The notes under the pieces: model-generated
The model's database searches: none
Told to the model about the DNA's origin: nothing
What the model saw: only the letters and a program-made list of their open reading frames with translations
Shown: piece by piece, positions 62,766 through 64,000 of the stretch
Numbering within the stretch: the first letter of the stretch is position 1
Layout of the letters: every line of letters begins with the position of its first letter
Program-made: the position numbers and the translations under genes
Assembly (NCBI GenBank): GCA_048013815.1
Contig: CM106585.1
Location: 21,638,001 to 21,702,000 of the forward strand
Source: Setoptus koraiensis
Lineage: Eukaryota > Animalia > Arthropoda
Length of the DNA stretch: 64,000 nucleotides
Direction: 5' to 3'

Positions 62766-62813
62766 AACTCTCAGCCAAAACTCTCAGCCAAAACTCTCAG
62801 CCAAAACTCTCAG
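62766..62813. repeat. 13-bp tandem repeat (AACTCTCAGCCAA x3+)
   Basis: Direct reading. Confidence 0.85.
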
Positions 62814-64000
62814 AGGCCAACGATTCTGCACGTGAAAGGGCTCTCCCTCCACATCCGTATGTAAATAAATATAAATCGTGTCCGCACAAGTGGATGTGCC
62901 CGCATATACGGATAGGTGGATACGTCCGTAATACAGACTCCGTATGCGGATTTGTGGATATGTCCGTGTGCCTATTTGTGGAGAAAAAGCGCATAGAGGA
63001 AGAGGCCAAAAGCGAATGAGATTTTAGCACGCGCAAAGGAGAGACACGCGCTGTCACTTCATCGCCAGGAAACACGTGCCAAGTTCCGTCCCGACAACCT
63101 CTGGCGGTGATGTCAGCAAGCTAGATCGCGAAGCCTTTTATTAACCATAAACCGTTTGCGCTCAATACTCGATCGAGCGCGCATACTTTGCATTGTGACA
63201 GCCAATCCAAAATGCAATTAAGTTTTTGTTTACTCACAAAACCGGCAGCTGACCGGTGTTGTGTTTTTGCAACGCCAGAAATATCCTTGTTAAATAGCCT
63301 TGTGATCACAATGGCCAGCAGATGACCACTGTCCACTGTCACCAAGCCAATTGTTGTCCGCCAATAATTGGTACCAACACTGGCCACTAGTCTTAGTCGT
63401 AGGAGTCGTTTTGTTGAGTTGTCCAGCCAGTGCTAATCTTAATCTTAATGTTACTGTTAATGTCAGCCTATTATACTGCATATGCATGTGACGTAACAGT
63501 GGCCCTTTATTATTATGTATGTATATACGACGCATTATAAGACGGATCATTAGCGCCGGCGAATCGGGGGCCCCCAAGCAGCGCATTGATTTCAATCGGT
63601 GCCCGTTCAATTTAAGCCAGCAAGTATCTAGAAGAGAGAGGGCGCTCATTGAGGCCAACATTTTGTTGCCATGAAATGAATGTGATTTAGCGGGCTCGCC
63701 GATTGCGCCAACGTTTTGTCAGCAGTGGCTCTGGAGAGAAACACAGCCCGATTTGTAAGCAGCGAGCCAACAGTGTCAAATCAAACTGTCTGTCCATGTT
63801 TATGCCGGCCATAACAGGCATCCGTGTTATGTTATGACGATGCGACTTTATGAAAGGCACTATTCACTCGGCTCGGGCCCCACGGAATTGTCGGGCGGGC
63901 GGGCGGGCAGACACTATTTCAGGCGAGCAAACAAACAAACGGACAGTGCGCGGATTTTGCTGTTTTATGTCCATCATGAGTCAGTGATCGATGATGAACA

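Noticed and set aside
62540-63125. Non-microsatellite segment with TCCGTA/TACGGA motifs, possibly TE-derived
   Set aside because: No TIR, LTR, TSD or coding homology could be established from the sequence alone.

Overview
Eukaryotic (arthropod, probably mite; taxon is an inference) genomic scaffold with a 500-N gap at 7368-7867. Four host genes are recognisable: LIN-9/mip130 (5'-truncated, +), a spliced Ly6/uPAR quiver-family gene (CG6329-like, -), an unusually expanded fascin/singed (-) and an 8-exon NCKX/SLC24 exchanger (-). Two exons of an unidentified secreted low-complexity protein are also present (-). Long stretches are microsatellite-rich non-coding DNA. The most unusual part is an ~8 kb island (~34.9-42.6 kb) built from nested non-autonomous DNA-element pieces, GAA-triloop hairpins and palindromic motif arrays. 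It carries at least five chromodomains: twin intact 86-aa chromodomain-only ORFs, a RING-chromodomain-coiled-coil ORF, a scrambled second copy of it and a chromodomain pseudogene. It also holds a weakly protease-like/Zn-finger ORF. This looks like chromatin-reader cargo of a mobile element or virus, but no autonomous transposase, RepHel or viral hallmark gene is visible in the window.
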